From Candidatus Proelusimicrobium volucris (GTDB taxonomy: Bacteria; Elusimicrobiota; Elusimicrobia; Elusimicrobiales; Elusimicrobiaceae): 64,000 nt of DNA. The notes under the pieces were generated by a model. It made no database searches. It was not told the DNA's origin and saw nothing but the letters and a program-made list of their open reading frames with translations. Shown piece by piece: positions 55,181 to 64,000 of the stretch. The first letter of the stretch is position 1, and the number at the start of each line of letters is the position of its first letter. The stretch covers positions 352,694 through 416,693 of the forward strand of contig CALUXD010000002.1 of NCBI GenBank assembly GCA_944324665.1, given 5' to 3'. Made by a program: the position numbers and the translations under genes.

Positions 55181-56581
55181 TTATTTGGGTTGAAACCTCA
55201 TCAATTCAAAAGGGATATTCTTGTGTACAGCCGTATTGTCCTGAGGAATTACCAAATCCCTTTGTATTCTTTCATTAAATTCTTCCTTTTCCATCTCGGT
55301 AGTTATGGCTTTAATGTCGGAGAGATACGCTTTCAAAGCTTCATCATTAGTTGCCAATGTGTGTATTCTATCGCCCCAGTCCTCTATATATGGCAGGAGT
55401 TTCTCTGCCGAAAGAGAGTTTTCGCTTTCGCTTTGGAAAAGCTCGCTTACCATATTCCGTACTTCTTTCCCCCCTGTATATATTATACCGATATTATCGG
55501 GATTGTTTTGTACGGCTGTTAAAATTTCTCTTTTCAGTTCAGTTCTGTTTGATACCGCATTTATTATTTCCAGTTCGCTGTTAGATGTGTTTGCCGCATT
55601 CGCTTGGCTGGTATATAATGTTAAGAACAATCCCGCGCCTATGGCTAAAGGCAATACGCTCTTTAAAGATTTTAAACCCATTTTTGTTTTACTGGTCAAT
55701 TCCGCCTTTGATACCCTTTGTGCCAAACCCGGTATCATACTTATTTCTGCTTTATTGGTTTGTTTTGCTATTGCGACTATATTATCTATCCCTTCATCTC
55801 CTACGGAATAGAGCAATGTTCTAAAAGGATCGTCGTAGATTCTTTTAAGATCCAAAAGCTCTTTTTGCGCGTTTGATATTTCTCTTCTCCAAGCGGTTAC
55901 TTGTCTGTCTGCTCTGGCGCCCGCTTTTCTTATCAGGACTTTGTTTCTGGCAATTCTGCCCCTTAACGCCGCTATCCTGCCGCCAAGAAGGCTTTGCGCA
56001 TATTGTATTTCCGCCGATAAGGCCAAAGAGACGGCTTTAACGCGGGGAAGATTAAAAGTTCTTTGTATTTTGTTGACTAAAAACTCAAAATCTACGGAAC
56101 TTTTATCAAGGATATCTTTCGCTATTTTATTGAAGAAATCAGGAGTATCTTTCAATACGGTCGCCGCAGAACGAGGGGTTTGCCCCGAAGAAAGCGCATT
56201 TACCGCATTTTTCGTATACATCAAGGAAAATCTGCTCTTACTGCTATATCTGTTATCGGCGATGGCTAAAGAATTGTAAAGGTCGTAAATAAAATCGTCG
56301 TTGGCAAGATTTGCTTTCAATACTTTATTTATAAGGTTTTCGCTTTCTCTAAGCGATTTTGTCATTGCGTCTAATTCCGCCTGGGAAGCCGAAGGCTTTG
56401 CCAATAAATATTGTTCAGATTTGGCTACATAATTGTTTATGTCTTCGGCAAAGAGCCCTGGCCATATTTCGTATAATTTCATTCTATTGTGCAAGGCCGA
56501 GGCGGCGTCTTGTGCAAATACCGTCGTAAGGTTTGAGCTAATGATCCCTAAGGCAAGAATTAGCGAAATTATTCTTTTCAT
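55181..56581 (-). CDS. Exported hypothetical protein (helical) with one internal hydrophobic segment
   Basis: AGGAG SD and signal peptide MKRIISLILALGIISSNLTTVFAQ. Internal VLPLAIGAGLFLTLYTSQANA. Confidence 0.65.
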   Translation of the reverse strand: MKRIISLILALGIISSNLTTVFAQDAASALHNRMKLYEIWPGLFAEDINNYVAKSEQYLLAKPSASQAELDAMTKSLRESENLINKVLKANLANDDFIYDLYNSLAIADNRYSSKSRFSLMYTKNAVNALSSGQTPRSAATVLKDTPDFFNKIAKDILDKSSVDFEFLVNKIQRTFNLPRVKAVSLALSAEIQYAQSLLGGRIAALRGRIARNKVLIRKAGARADRQVTAWRREISNAQKELLDLKRIYDDPFRTLLYSVGDEGIDNIVAIAKQTNKAEISMIPGLAQRVSKAELTSKTKMGLKSLKSVLPLAIGAGLFLTLYTSQANAANTSNSELEIINAVSNRTELKREILTAVQNNPDNIGIIYTGGKEVRNMVSELFQSESENSLSAEKLLPYIEDWGDRIHTLATNDEALKAYLSDIKAITTEMEKEEFNERIQRDLVIPQDNTAVHKNIPFELMRFQPK

Positions 56582-56717
56582 TTTAGTTAAATCTCCTGTG
56601 TTACGCTTTAATATATAGTATAAGTTATGGAAGATAAAATGGAAGAGTCTTTATTCCCATTGGAAAATGGGTCTAAAGTCCTAAAATCCGCCAAAATCGG
56701 TTGAGGTATTTTATTTT

Positions 56718-57737
56718 TTAATTCGCTTTGCTTTTTAATACCGCAGCGGTATATGGGGGCACAACTCTGTTGTTTTTACCGAAAAGATTTTTATATTTTT
56801 TCTTTTCAAATTCTTTAGGCAAAAGGAGGTCGCCGTCCGATATGTTTAAAATTATATCGTAGTAGTACCCTTTATAGAGGCGTCTTTGCGTTTTTAAATT
56901 ATTCTCCCCCTCAAGCGGAGAGGCCGTTTGCAAGCCCTTTTCGAATACGGGAAGCATTTTGTTTATTTCTTTGGCGACTTTTTTTAGTCTTTTCCAATGT
57001 TCCGGCTTGGACTGGGGCAAAGGAATGCTTTGTGAATTGAAAGTGAAAAAGAATAAACCTTCCGCACCTTCCAAAAGGCCGTCATAAGCCATAAACCGCA
57101 TTTCCTCAACCGTAGGGAATCGGCCTATCCTTTTGTCATCGGGGCGGTATTGTTTAAATTCACGCCAGTCGAAAGATTGCACCACCCCCCATACGGGCTT
57201 CTCGGGCAGGCCGCCCTCTTCTAAAATATTTTTTACATCTTTCACTTGCTCCCCGAAAGAAGTTAAAGGCAGATGTGGTACGGGGTACCAATCCACCATC
57301 AAAATATCCGCCGTATCATAATAGGGCTTTGCGTGGCTTCCCTTGCCTACCACAAAGGCGGTTTTCTTATCGGGGAAAGCCTTGTTTGCGGCATTTTGAA
57401 GGTTTTTTAAATAGGAATTGTCTTTTTTATTTACGTCCGGTTCGTCGTATAAATAGAGGGCTAGTATAGGCCAGGAACGCGCTTCTTCCAGGTATGGCGA
57501 ATTTATTATTTTATCGGGATATACAACGATTTTAACTCCGCGTTTTTGGGCCTCTAAAGCCAAGTCTTTTATTTTTTCGGGGTTTTGCGTGTATGTCTGA
57601 ATACAATTAAATCCCGCCTTTTTGACGGTTTTTATATATTTAGCTTCATTTACCTCGTAAAGGCATAATGGGAAACCTGCGGCTTGGATAACAGCAGCCG
57701 AAACTATAAACGAAATAGTTAAAATAATTTTAAACAA
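56718..57737 (-). CDS. Secreted hypothetical protein, possibly a TIM-barrel glycoside-hydrolase-like enzyme
   Basis: TTG start preceded by AAGGA, overlapping the upstream stop. Signal peptide present. Alternating beta/alpha pattern with acidic residues. The family call is weak. Confidence 0.5.
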   Translation of the reverse strand: MFKIILTISFIVSAAVIQAAGFPLCLYEVNEAKYIKTVKKAGFNCIQTYTQNPEKIKDLALEAQKRGVKIVVYPDKIINSPYLEEARSWPILALYLYDEPDVNKKDNSYLKNLQNAANKAFPDKKTAFVVGKGSHAKPYYDTADILMVDWYPVPHLPLTSFGEQVKDVKNILEEGGLPEKPVWGVVQSFDWREFKQYRPDDKRIGRFPTVEEMRFMAYDGLLEGAEGLFFFTFNSQSIPLPQSKPEHWKRLKKVAKEINKMLPVFEKGLQTASPLEGENNLKTQRRLYKGYYYDIILNISDGDLLLPKEFEKKKYKNLFGKNNRVVPPYTAAVLKSKAN

Positions 57738-59052
57738 TGTTTTTATCCTTAATAAAAGCCCTTTTGGCTGTTTTGAACATTATTTCCAAGTCCAAAAACA
57801 GGGAGCGGTTTTTTATGTACCATACGTCATAGGAAAGGCGTTTGTAAGCGGCGTCGAAAGTGGAATCGGGGATAGACTCTTTATTTTTAAGATCTTCCCT
57901 TACGCAATAATTTGGCGGTGCTTTAAAGTTAAGCTGAGCCCATCCCGTAAGGCCCGGTTTTATTACGCTTCTTATATTGTGGCAACTTAAATGTTTATTC
58001 AGGAAGTAATAATCTTCTGTCCATAACGGTCTTGGGCCGACTATGGAGATATCGCCTTTTAGTATATTGATAAGCTGGGGTATTTCGTCCAGCCTAAACC
58101 GTCTTAAAATCGCGCCGATTTTGGTAATATCTTCGCTGCCTGGCTTCATCGTGCGGAATTTGTAGATGTATATCTTCTTTTCGTTCTTGCCGATGCGTTC
58201 CTGGAAGAAAAAGGGTGGTATCCCGTCGATAAATTTTATCGCGAAATAAGTTAAAATCCCAAGCGGAAGCATAATCGGCATAAGCACCAGGCAGAAAAGA
58301 ACGTCCAAGGCTCTTTTGATAAAAGGATAATATTTTTCTTCCTGCCTTGCGGCGACGCCGCGTATAAGCCACATCGCGTCTTTTAGGCTGCCCTTGCTTG
58401 AGCGCATAAACAGATGTTCGTAAAAATTATAGTCCGTTGTCAGCAAAACGCCCTTATTTAGGAATAAAGTGGATATTACCGCCCAAGTTTTTTTATTCTC
58501 GCTCAGCATTTTGCTGGCCATCACAATAAGGTCTATATTTTCCGGCGGGATTTCTTTGATGTCGTCGGGGTTTTCAAAGCGGCCCAGGACTTCCAAATTG
58601 TCGTAAGAGGCCAAATCTTTCTCTATTTCCTTTAAGGTATTGCTTTTGCCAAGCAGCAATATTCTTTGTTTGACAAAAGTGAAAGAGGCATATAACTTTC
58701 TGGATATGTACATATAGGAAAAATAGATAATAAACACCAACAGCAAGATAAATTTAGGGGTAGCTACGTTGAAAAATGACGTGGTAAAATATATCCCGAA
58801 AGCGGAAGTAATCAAAGATATGGTAAAAGCTATTATTATGTTGCTGTAGTCCAAGCGTCCTTTTTTTATCAGCTGAGTGTCATAAAAAGAAAATATCCAC
58901 AAAATTAGCGAAGTTACGCCAAACACCGGCAAAAGAACTTTTATAGTCGGGTCGAAAACATTGTGGGAAAATTTCCCGTATCTCAAAGTAACAACGAGTG
59001 CCGTTGTCAGCGTGAATGAAATTAAATCCGCAATAAAAAATAGTAATCTCAT
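57730..59052 (-). CDS. Polyprenyl-phosphate glycosyl-1-phosphate transferase (bacterial sugar transferase, WbaP-like)
   Basis: N-terminal TM helices plus the C-terminal catalytic domain with RRFRLDEIPQLINILKGDISIVGPRP. Confidence 0.9.
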   Translation of the reverse strand: MRLLFFIADLISFTLTTALVVTLRYGKFSHNVFDPTIKVLLPVFGVTSLILWIFSFYDTQLIKKGRLDYSNIIIAFTISLITSAFGIYFTTSFFNVATPKFILLLVFIIYFSYMYISRKLYASFTFVKQRILLLGKSNTLKEIEKDLASYDNLEVLGRFENPDDIKEIPPENIDLIVMASKMLSENKKTWAVISTLFLNKGVLLTTDYNFYEHLFMRSSKGSLKDAMWLIRGVAARQEEKYYPFIKRALDVLFCLVLMPIMLPLGILTYFAIKFIDGIPPFFFQERIGKNEKKIYIYKFRTMKPGSEDITKIGAILRRFRLDEIPQLINILKGDISIVGPRPLWTEDYYFLNKHLSCHNIRSVIKPGLTGWAQLNFKAPPNYCVREDLKNKESIPDSTFDAAYKRLSYDVWYIKNRSLFLDLEIMFKTAKRAFIKDKNIV

Positions 59053-59055
59053 AAT

Positions 59056-59976
59056 TTAAGCTTTAAGTATCTCTTTTAAGCCTTCTTTAAGCGAAACTTT
59101 TGCCTTGTAGCCCAATTGCGTTATTTTTGTTATATCGGCGGCGGAATTTTTTACGTCGCCGGCTCTTTTGGGCTTAAAAACGCGCTTCATTTTTTTGCCG
59201 GCGATAGCCTCTATTTCTTTTGCCAGCTTGAGCAGAGTATATGTTTTGCCTGAGGCTACATTGTAAACTTCCCCCGCTTTGCCCTTTTCCATAACCAAAA
59301 TTGTGGCGTCGGCGACGTCGTCTATAAAGACAAAATCTCTGCTTTGTTTGCCGTCCCAATCGATAAAGAAGGTATTGCCGCGTTTAGCTAAATCCATAAA
59401 TTTGGCTATAACGGCGGCGTAGGGGGAGTTGGGGTTCTGCTTCGGCCCAAAAACGTTGAAATAGCGCACGCATACGGTTTCAAGGCCGTATGCCTTAAAA
59501 TAGCATTTAAGCAGTTCTTCCCCTATCAATTTGCTGGCGGCGTAAGGCGATCGGCAGTCAGTTAAAGCTGTTTCTTTGTAAGGAAGTTCTTTACCGTTGC
59601 CGTATACCACTCCCGAAGATGCCAACAAAACCCTTTTTACGCCGTTTAAGCGGGCGGCTTCCAAGACATTATTGGTGCCCTCTATGTTGATTTTATGGGT
59701 TTTTGCCGGTTCCTCCATAGACTGTGCGACCGAAACCAAAGCCGCATGGTGGTAAACGCAATTAACGCCTTTCATAGCTTGCTTTAATTTTTTAAAATCG
59801 GTTATGTCGCCTTTTACTATTTTGATTTTATTTTTAATTTTTGAAAGGTTTTTTACGTCGCCGGAAGAAAAATTATCGTAAACGATGACTTTGTGCCCCT
59901 TTTCTGCCAGTCTTTCGGCCAAACGAGAGCCTATAAAGCCCGCTCCGCCCGTAATAAAGGATATCTTCCCGCTCAT
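59056..59976 (-). CDS. NAD-dependent nucleotide-sugar 4-epimerase (extended SDR)
   Basis: ITGGAGFIGS Rossmann motif and YAASK. Start set to the ATG at 59976, because the track's TTG at 59982 lies 1 nt from the -10 box. Confidence 0.85.
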   Translation of the reverse strand: MSGKISFITGGAGFIGSRLAERLAEKGHKVIVYDNFSSGDVKNLSKIKNKIKIVKGDITDFKKLKQAMKGVNCVYHHAALVSVAQSMEEPAKTHKINIEGTNNVLEAARLNGVKRVLLASSGVVYGNGKELPYKETALTDCRSPYAASKLIGEELLKCYFKAYGLETVCVRYFNVFGPKQNPNSPYAAVIAKFMDLAKRGNTFFIDWDGKQSRDFVFIDDVADATILVMEKGKAGEVYNVASGKTYTLLKLAKEIEAIAGKKMKRVFKPKRAGDVKNSAADITKITQLGYKAKVSLKEGLKEILKA

Positions 59977-59983
59977 ATTCAAA

Positions 59984-60021
59984 ATTATACCATTTTTGCA
60001 ATCTCCCCTAAATGGTATAAT
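59984..60021. promoter_or_regulatory. Mirror-symmetric divergent promoter: two back-to-back extended -10 boxes (AAATGGTATAAT) forming a perfect 12-bp inverted repeat
   Basis: attataccattt (59984-59995) is the exact reverse complement of aaatggtataat (60010-60021). Each TATAAT lies 7 nt from an ATG (59976 on minus, 60029 on plus), with no SD. Confidence 0.55.
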
Positions 60022-60028
60022 ATATTAA

Positions 60029-60850
60029 ATGAAGAACAGTACCCCATTTTCAGTTTTGATGTCGGTTTACGCCAAAGAAAAGGCCTCTTGGCTTAAAGAG
60101 TCGCTTGAAAGCGTTTTTAATCAGACTTTTCCCCCTTCCGAGACGGTTTTGGTGGCCGACGGTCCTTTGACGCCGGAGCTTGAAAGCGTAATATCTTCCT
60201 TTAAAGATCGGCTTAAACTTGTCCGCCTGCCTGAGAACAAGGGGCTGGGCACTGCGCTTAATGAGGGGCTTAAGGCTTGTTCTTATCCTTTGGTAGCGCG
60301 TATGGACAGCGACGATATCGCAGTTGCCAACCGTTTTGAACTGCAAATTGCGGCTTTTGAGAGAGATAAAGATCTTTCCGTATCGGGCGGAGCCATTGAG
60401 GAAATTGATTCCCTTACCAAAAAGAGCATAGCATTCAGGCGTCTTCCGCTTGGCGACGGGGAACTTAAGTCTTTCCTAAAGAAGAGATGTCCGTTTAATC
60501 ACATGACGGTTATGTTTAAAAAGGAAGATGTCTTATCGGCCGGCGGCTACTTGCATTTACACTATATGGAAGATTATTATCTTTGGACGAGAATGGCGGA
60601 AAAGGGTTTTAAATTCGCCAATTTGCCGCAAATCCTTGTTCGCGCCAGGACAGACAAGGCTTTATATGGTCGGCGCGGCGGCTTTGAATATTTTTTGAGC
60701 AACAAAAAGCTGTATTCTTATATGAAAGAGCACGGTATGATAGGCCTTAAAGACTATATCTATATACTTTCCATCCGCTTTTTTGTACAAACCCTTATGC
60801 CCAATTCTTTAAGGAGTTTCTTTTATACTCGGATACTGAGGAAGTTATAG
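60029..60850 (+). CDS. Glycosyltransferase family 2
   Basis: SVLMSVYAKEK...SVFNQT, VLVADGP, ARMDSDDIA. Confidence 0.85.
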   Translation: MKNSTPFSVLMSVYAKEKASWLKESLESVFNQTFPPSETVLVADGPLTPELESVISSFKDRLKLVRLPENKGLGTALNEGLKACSYPLVARMDSDDIAVANRFELQIAAFERDKDLSVSGGAIEEIDSLTKKSIAFRRLPLGDGELKSFLKKRCPFNHMTVMFKKEDVLSAGGYLHLHYMEDYYLWTRMAEKGFKFANLPQILVRARTDKALYGRRGGFEYFLSNKKLYSYMKEHGMIGLKDYIYILSIRFFVQTLMPNSLRSFFYTRILRKL

Positions 60851-60851
60851 T

Positions 60852-61958
60852 ATGAAGAAAGTCCTTTATATAATTTCCACCTTGAGACGAACGGGCCCCA
60901 CAAATATTTTGGCGGGTACGGCACTAAATTTGGACGGAAGGGTTTTTAAGCCTATGGTTCTAACTCTTTCGCCTGAGGAAGACGAGAATAATTCTTGGAA
61001 ACAAGAACTGCAGTCTAAGGGTATAGAAGTCCATTCTTTAAATTTAAGCCGCATAAAGGGGATTTTTTGTGCGGGGCGGGCTTTAAAACGCAAAATTGAG
61101 GAAATTAAACCCGATATAATACATACGCATTGTTTCCGTTCGGCGGTATATTGCGCGTTATTTGTTAAGGGATATAAGCGGGTGTCGGAAATTCATTGCG
61201 ATTATGAGGAAGATTATGCTTTGGCCTACGGCGGAATTAAAGGGGCTATAATGGCTAAAGTGTTTACCTGGGCTTTGTCTAGCGCGGATAAGAGAGTATG
61301 TTGTTCGCAAATGTTGGCGGCTATTTTAAGGCGCAAAAAACCGGACGTCGATTACGCTTATGTAAACAATGGCGTGGATACGGAAAAATTTAAGCCTTAT
61401 GACGGAGATAAGGCCGCTTTGCGGCGCGTTTTGAAATTGCCGCTGGATAAAAGAGTTTTTATATGGGCAGGGGTATTTATAAAGAGAAAAGATTTCCCCA
61501 CCCTTGCAAAAGCGGTAATGGCTTTGAAAGAGGAAAAGGACTTTTTCGTTTTTTGCGGCGATGGGCCTTTGCTTTCGGAAATGCAAACGATGTTGGACGG
61601 GCAGAAAAACATAATGTTTACGGGTTTTTGCCCTGAGATACACAAATATTTGCAGTCTGCGGATTTTTACATATCCACATCGCTTACGGAGAGTTTCCAC
61701 CTTACGGTGTATGAGGCTCTCTCCTGCGGGCTGCCCGTAATTTTAAGCGATATAGAGGCTTACGCCAATTTGCGCGGCAATGAGGCTGTTTCCTTTTTCA
61801 AGACGGGCGATTACAAAGAGTTGGCTAAAGCGATAGGAATTGCCGCGCAAGAATATTCCCCCGCCAAGAGAGAGGCCGCAGTTAAAATGATAAGGGACTC
61901 TTACTCCCTGCAAAAGATGGCGGAAGGTTACGGAGATTTATATCTAAACGGACTATGA
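60852..61958 (+). CDS. Glycosyltransferase family 4 (GT-B, Glycos_transf_1 type)
   Basis: C-terminal E-x7-E region ESFHLTVYEALSCGLPVILSD. GAGGAAG SD. Confidence 0.85.
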   Translation: MKKVLYIISTLRRTGPTNILAGTALNLDGRVFKPMVLTLSPEEDENNSWKQELQSKGIEVHSLNLSRIKGIFCAGRALKRKIEEIKPDIIHTHCFRSAVYCALFVKGYKRVSEIHCDYEEDYALAYGGIKGAIMAKVFTWALSSADKRVCCSQMLAAILRRKKPDVDYAYVNNGVDTEKFKPYDGDKAALRRVLKLPLDKRVFIWAGVFIKRKDFPTLAKAVMALKEEKDFFVFCGDGPLLSEMQTMLDGQKNIMFTGFCPEIHKYLQSADFYISTSLTESFHLTVYEALSCGLPVILSDIEAYANLRGNEAVSFFKTGDYKELAKAIGIAAQEYSPAKREAAVKMIRDSYSLQKMAEGYGDLYLNGL

Positions 61959-63040
61959 TTTATTTTCTTACCATTTATTCGGCGGTGGCCGCGTTAAGTT
62001 TTACCGATTTTATACCCAAATTGCGCAAATTCGGCGCGCTGATGTGCATAATATTGCTTGCGATGCTTGCGGGGTGGCGCAATATGGGCGGGAGCGATTT
62101 CTATGTTTACCAAGATATATATTACGGCTTAACGCTTAACTATATGTCTGCGGAAGCTGGCTATGCCATAATAAATAATCTATTTTCCGGATTGGGGTTT
62201 TCTTATAACGCTTTTCTGTTTGTTTACAGCTTGGCTGCGATAAGCATAATGGTGATTTTTTTGGAAAAACACGTAAAATACCCTAAATTCGCCTTGCTGT
62301 TCTATATGGCGTGTTACTTCTTCTTTTACAATATGGTTCTTAACAGGCAGATGCTTTGTATGTCGATGTCCTTATGGGTAATATACTTTTGGGACAAGAA
62401 CAAACTCTATTCTCTTTTGTGCCTGCTTACCGGGTTCCTATTCCACCAATCCATAATAGTTTTGCTTCCCCTGCTGTTGGTTTTTGAAGTTTTAAAGCAT
62501 ACCAAAGGCATAAAATATTGGCTATTGTTTTTTGTTGCCGCGATAGGTTTTACGGCTTTAATCACTCCGCAAATGCTGCTTGGCATTACGGCTTCTTTAC
62601 CGGGGCTTTCTTCAATGTCCGCGCGCCTTCTTAACTATTTGGAAAACGCCGGTGGAGAGTATGCCCTTAATTTAGTCGAATACGTGAAAATGGCCGCGGC
62701 TTTATGCATTATTCTTCCTTTCGCCAAAAAGATACTTGCCGATAAAGGAAACCACATTTGGGCGTTCTTTTACTTTTTCGGGATAATTTTTCTGTTTTGG
62801 ACAAGAAATATAGAAATATTGTTCCGCGTTTTCGCTTATTTTGATTTAAGTTTATTGGTTTTGATACCTTATGCCGTCAATATTGTGGCAAACAGATTTT
62901 CACCCTCTCAGCGCAAGCCGTTTTTGATATTAACTTATGCCGCCGTGGGGGCATTATCTATTATGGCGATACTTTACCGCGCGGCGAATTTTGGGGACGG
63001 CTCCTTTTTGTCCTATCAATTTTATTTTATGGATATTTGA
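61955..63040 (+). CDS. EpsG-family polytopic membrane protein (putative Wzy-type glycan polymerase)
   Basis: ~11 TM helices with aromatic-rich loops, located between glycosyltransferase genes. ATGA overlap with the upstream gene. Confidence 0.75.
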   Translation: MIYFLTIYSAVAALSFTDFIPKLRKFGALMCIILLAMLAGWRNMGGSDFYVYQDIYYGLTLNYMSAEAGYAIINNLFSGLGFSYNAFLFVYSLAAISIMVIFLEKHVKYPKFALLFYMACYFFFYNMVLNRQMLCMSMSLWVIYFWDKNKLYSLLCLLTGFLFHQSIIVLLPLLLVFEVLKHTKGIKYWLLFFVAAIGFTALITPQMLLGITASLPGLSSMSARLLNYLENAGGEYALNLVEYVKMAAALCIILPFAKKILADKGNHIWAFFYFFGIIFLFWTRNIEILFRVFAYFDLSLLVLIPYAVNIVANRFSPSQRKPFLILTYAAVGALSIMAILYRAANFGDGSFLSYQFYFMDI

Positions 63041-63042
63041 TT

Positions 63043-63912
63043 ATGATAACGATATTCACCCCCGCTTATAATCGTGCGCACACTTTGGGCAAATTGTACG
63101 AAAGCCTTAAAAGGCAGAGCAGCCATAATTTTGAGTGGCTTGTAATAGACGACGGCAGCAAGGACGGCACGCAAGAACTTTTTAAAACTTGGCTTGAGCA
63201 ACGCAATCCCTTCAAAATAACATATATCAAGACGGAAAACGGCGGCAAGCATAAGGCGATAAATTTAGGCGTTTCAAAAGCGGGCGGGGAAGCCTTTTTT
63301 ATAGTAGACAGCGACGATTTCCTTCCACCAGACTCCGTTGAAAAGATAGAGAAGGCTTTTTCCTCCGTAGTTGATAATGAAAGATTTGCCGGCATTTGCG
63401 GTTTAAAGGCAGGGGCTTTTGACAAACAGCCTTTGGGCAATAGCGCGGCTTCGGCTGGTTTGGATTGCTCAATGGCGGATATAAGGTATAAATATCATAT
63501 CCGCGGTGATATGGCGGAAGTGTTTAAGACCTCGGTATTAAGACAATATCCGTTTCCCGTATTTGAGGGCGAAAAATTTATGAACGAGGCCGTCGTCTGG
63601 GGCGAAATAGCCAAAAAACATCTTATGCGCTATACAGGCGATATTTTGTATTACTGCGAGTATATGCCAGACGGATTAACCCGTTCGATACGCCGCCAAT
63701 ATCGCCGCAGCCCCAAAGGAACAAAACTTTATTACGGCAGGCTGATAAAGGATAAGTCCATCCCGCTGAAAGAACGGGCAAAGGCGGGCGTATTGTATTG
63801 GCGGTATTTGTGTTTTAATGGGGAAGGATATAAAAATATGCCGTCATTTTTGGTAATATTTTGGCCCGCGGGCGTGTTTTTTTATTTTATGGATTGCTTT
63901 TTAGGGGCGTAA
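63043..63912 (+). CDS. Glycosyltransferase family 2
   Basis: ITIFTPAYNRAHTL, WLVIDDGSKDGT, IVDSDDFL. I prefer the ATG at 63043 over the TTG at 63037. Confidence 0.8.
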   Translation: MITIFTPAYNRAHTLGKLYESLKRQSSHNFEWLVIDDGSKDGTQELFKTWLEQRNPFKITYIKTENGGKHKAINLGVSKAGGEAFFIVDSDDFLPPDSVEKIEKAFSSVVDNERFAGICGLKAGAFDKQPLGNSAASAGLDCSMADIRYKYHIRGDMAEVFKTSVLRQYPFPVFEGEKFMNEAVVWGEIAKKHLMRYTGDILYYCEYMPDGLTRSIRRQYRRSPKGTKLYYGRLIKDKSIPLKERAKAGVLYWRYLCFNGEGYKNMPSFLVIFWPAGVFFYFMDCFLGA

Positions 63913-63978
63913 AATAAAGTGTTCCATCTTTTAACAGTTGACGTCTATCATTACTTTGTATGAAGGATAAAATAAATT

Positions 63979-64000
63979 ATGAAAAAAATTGCGATATTAA
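63979..64000 (+). CDS. 5' end of a further gene, truncated by the window edge (MKKIAIL...)
   Basis: An ATG after a GAAGGA-containing spacer, on the same strand as the glycan operon. Only 7 codons are visible. Confidence 0.25.

Noticed and set aside
1-64000. Search for CRISPR arrays, rRNA/tRNA genes, IS elements, integrases and prophage blocks
   Set aside because: I found no regularly spaced repeat array. I saw no T-loop or anticodon-arm patterns, no rRNA-like conserved stretches, and no DDE transposase or tyrosine recombinase motifs in any long ORF. This was a by-eye scan only, so small RNAs could have been missed.

Overview
This is a 64-kb chromosomal window from a diderm bacterium. The evidence for a diderm envelope is an OmpA-type lipoprotein, an MsbA-like exporter, GT9 heptosyltransferase-like genes and outer-membrane beta-barrels. 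I saw no rRNA, tRNA, CRISPR array, transposase or integrase, so I cannot assign a taxon. I support about 55 protein-coding genes. Housekeeping and transport genes include queH, a PTS EIIBC, dCMP and cytidine deaminases, pyruvate kinase, lexA, cobB, a YbaK-type editing protein, a GlpT/UhpC-type antiporter, a DHA2-type MFS and two tandem APA-family amino-acid antiporters. There are two glycan loci. The first (32.0-44.0 kb, all minus strand) runs rfbF-rfbG-rfbH, then an HpcH-like aldolase, a ThDP enzyme, SDRs, GT2s and GT9s. The second (56.7-63.9 kb) has a priming phosphoglycosyl transferase, an epimerase, GT2/GT4 genes and an EpsG-type polymerase. The most unusual content is a three-member family of ~1,560-1,635-aa proteins: two in tandem at 12.9-22.8 kb and one at 46.1-50.8 kb, together ~22% of the window. 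Each joins a >1,000-aa N-terminal region behind a signal peptide to a C-terminal 12-helix MFS-like domain. The tandem pair also keeps a conserved promoter architecture. Other points worth a second look:
- a perfectly mirror-symmetric pair of divergent extended -10 boxes, each 7 nt from an ATG (leaderless-type)
- a CDP-3,6-dideoxyhexose pathway extended by ThDP and aldolase enzymes, with no E3 reductase in the window
- a 5' gene remnant of a GT9 gene at a compositional junction
- direct-repeat candidate LexA operators
- a 6TM voltage-sensor-type channel with a non-canonical filter
- two exported ankyrin-repeat proteins flanking an M15 peptidase pair
- several operons of uncharacterised exported proteins
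All family calls come from motif recognition by eye. No database search was run.
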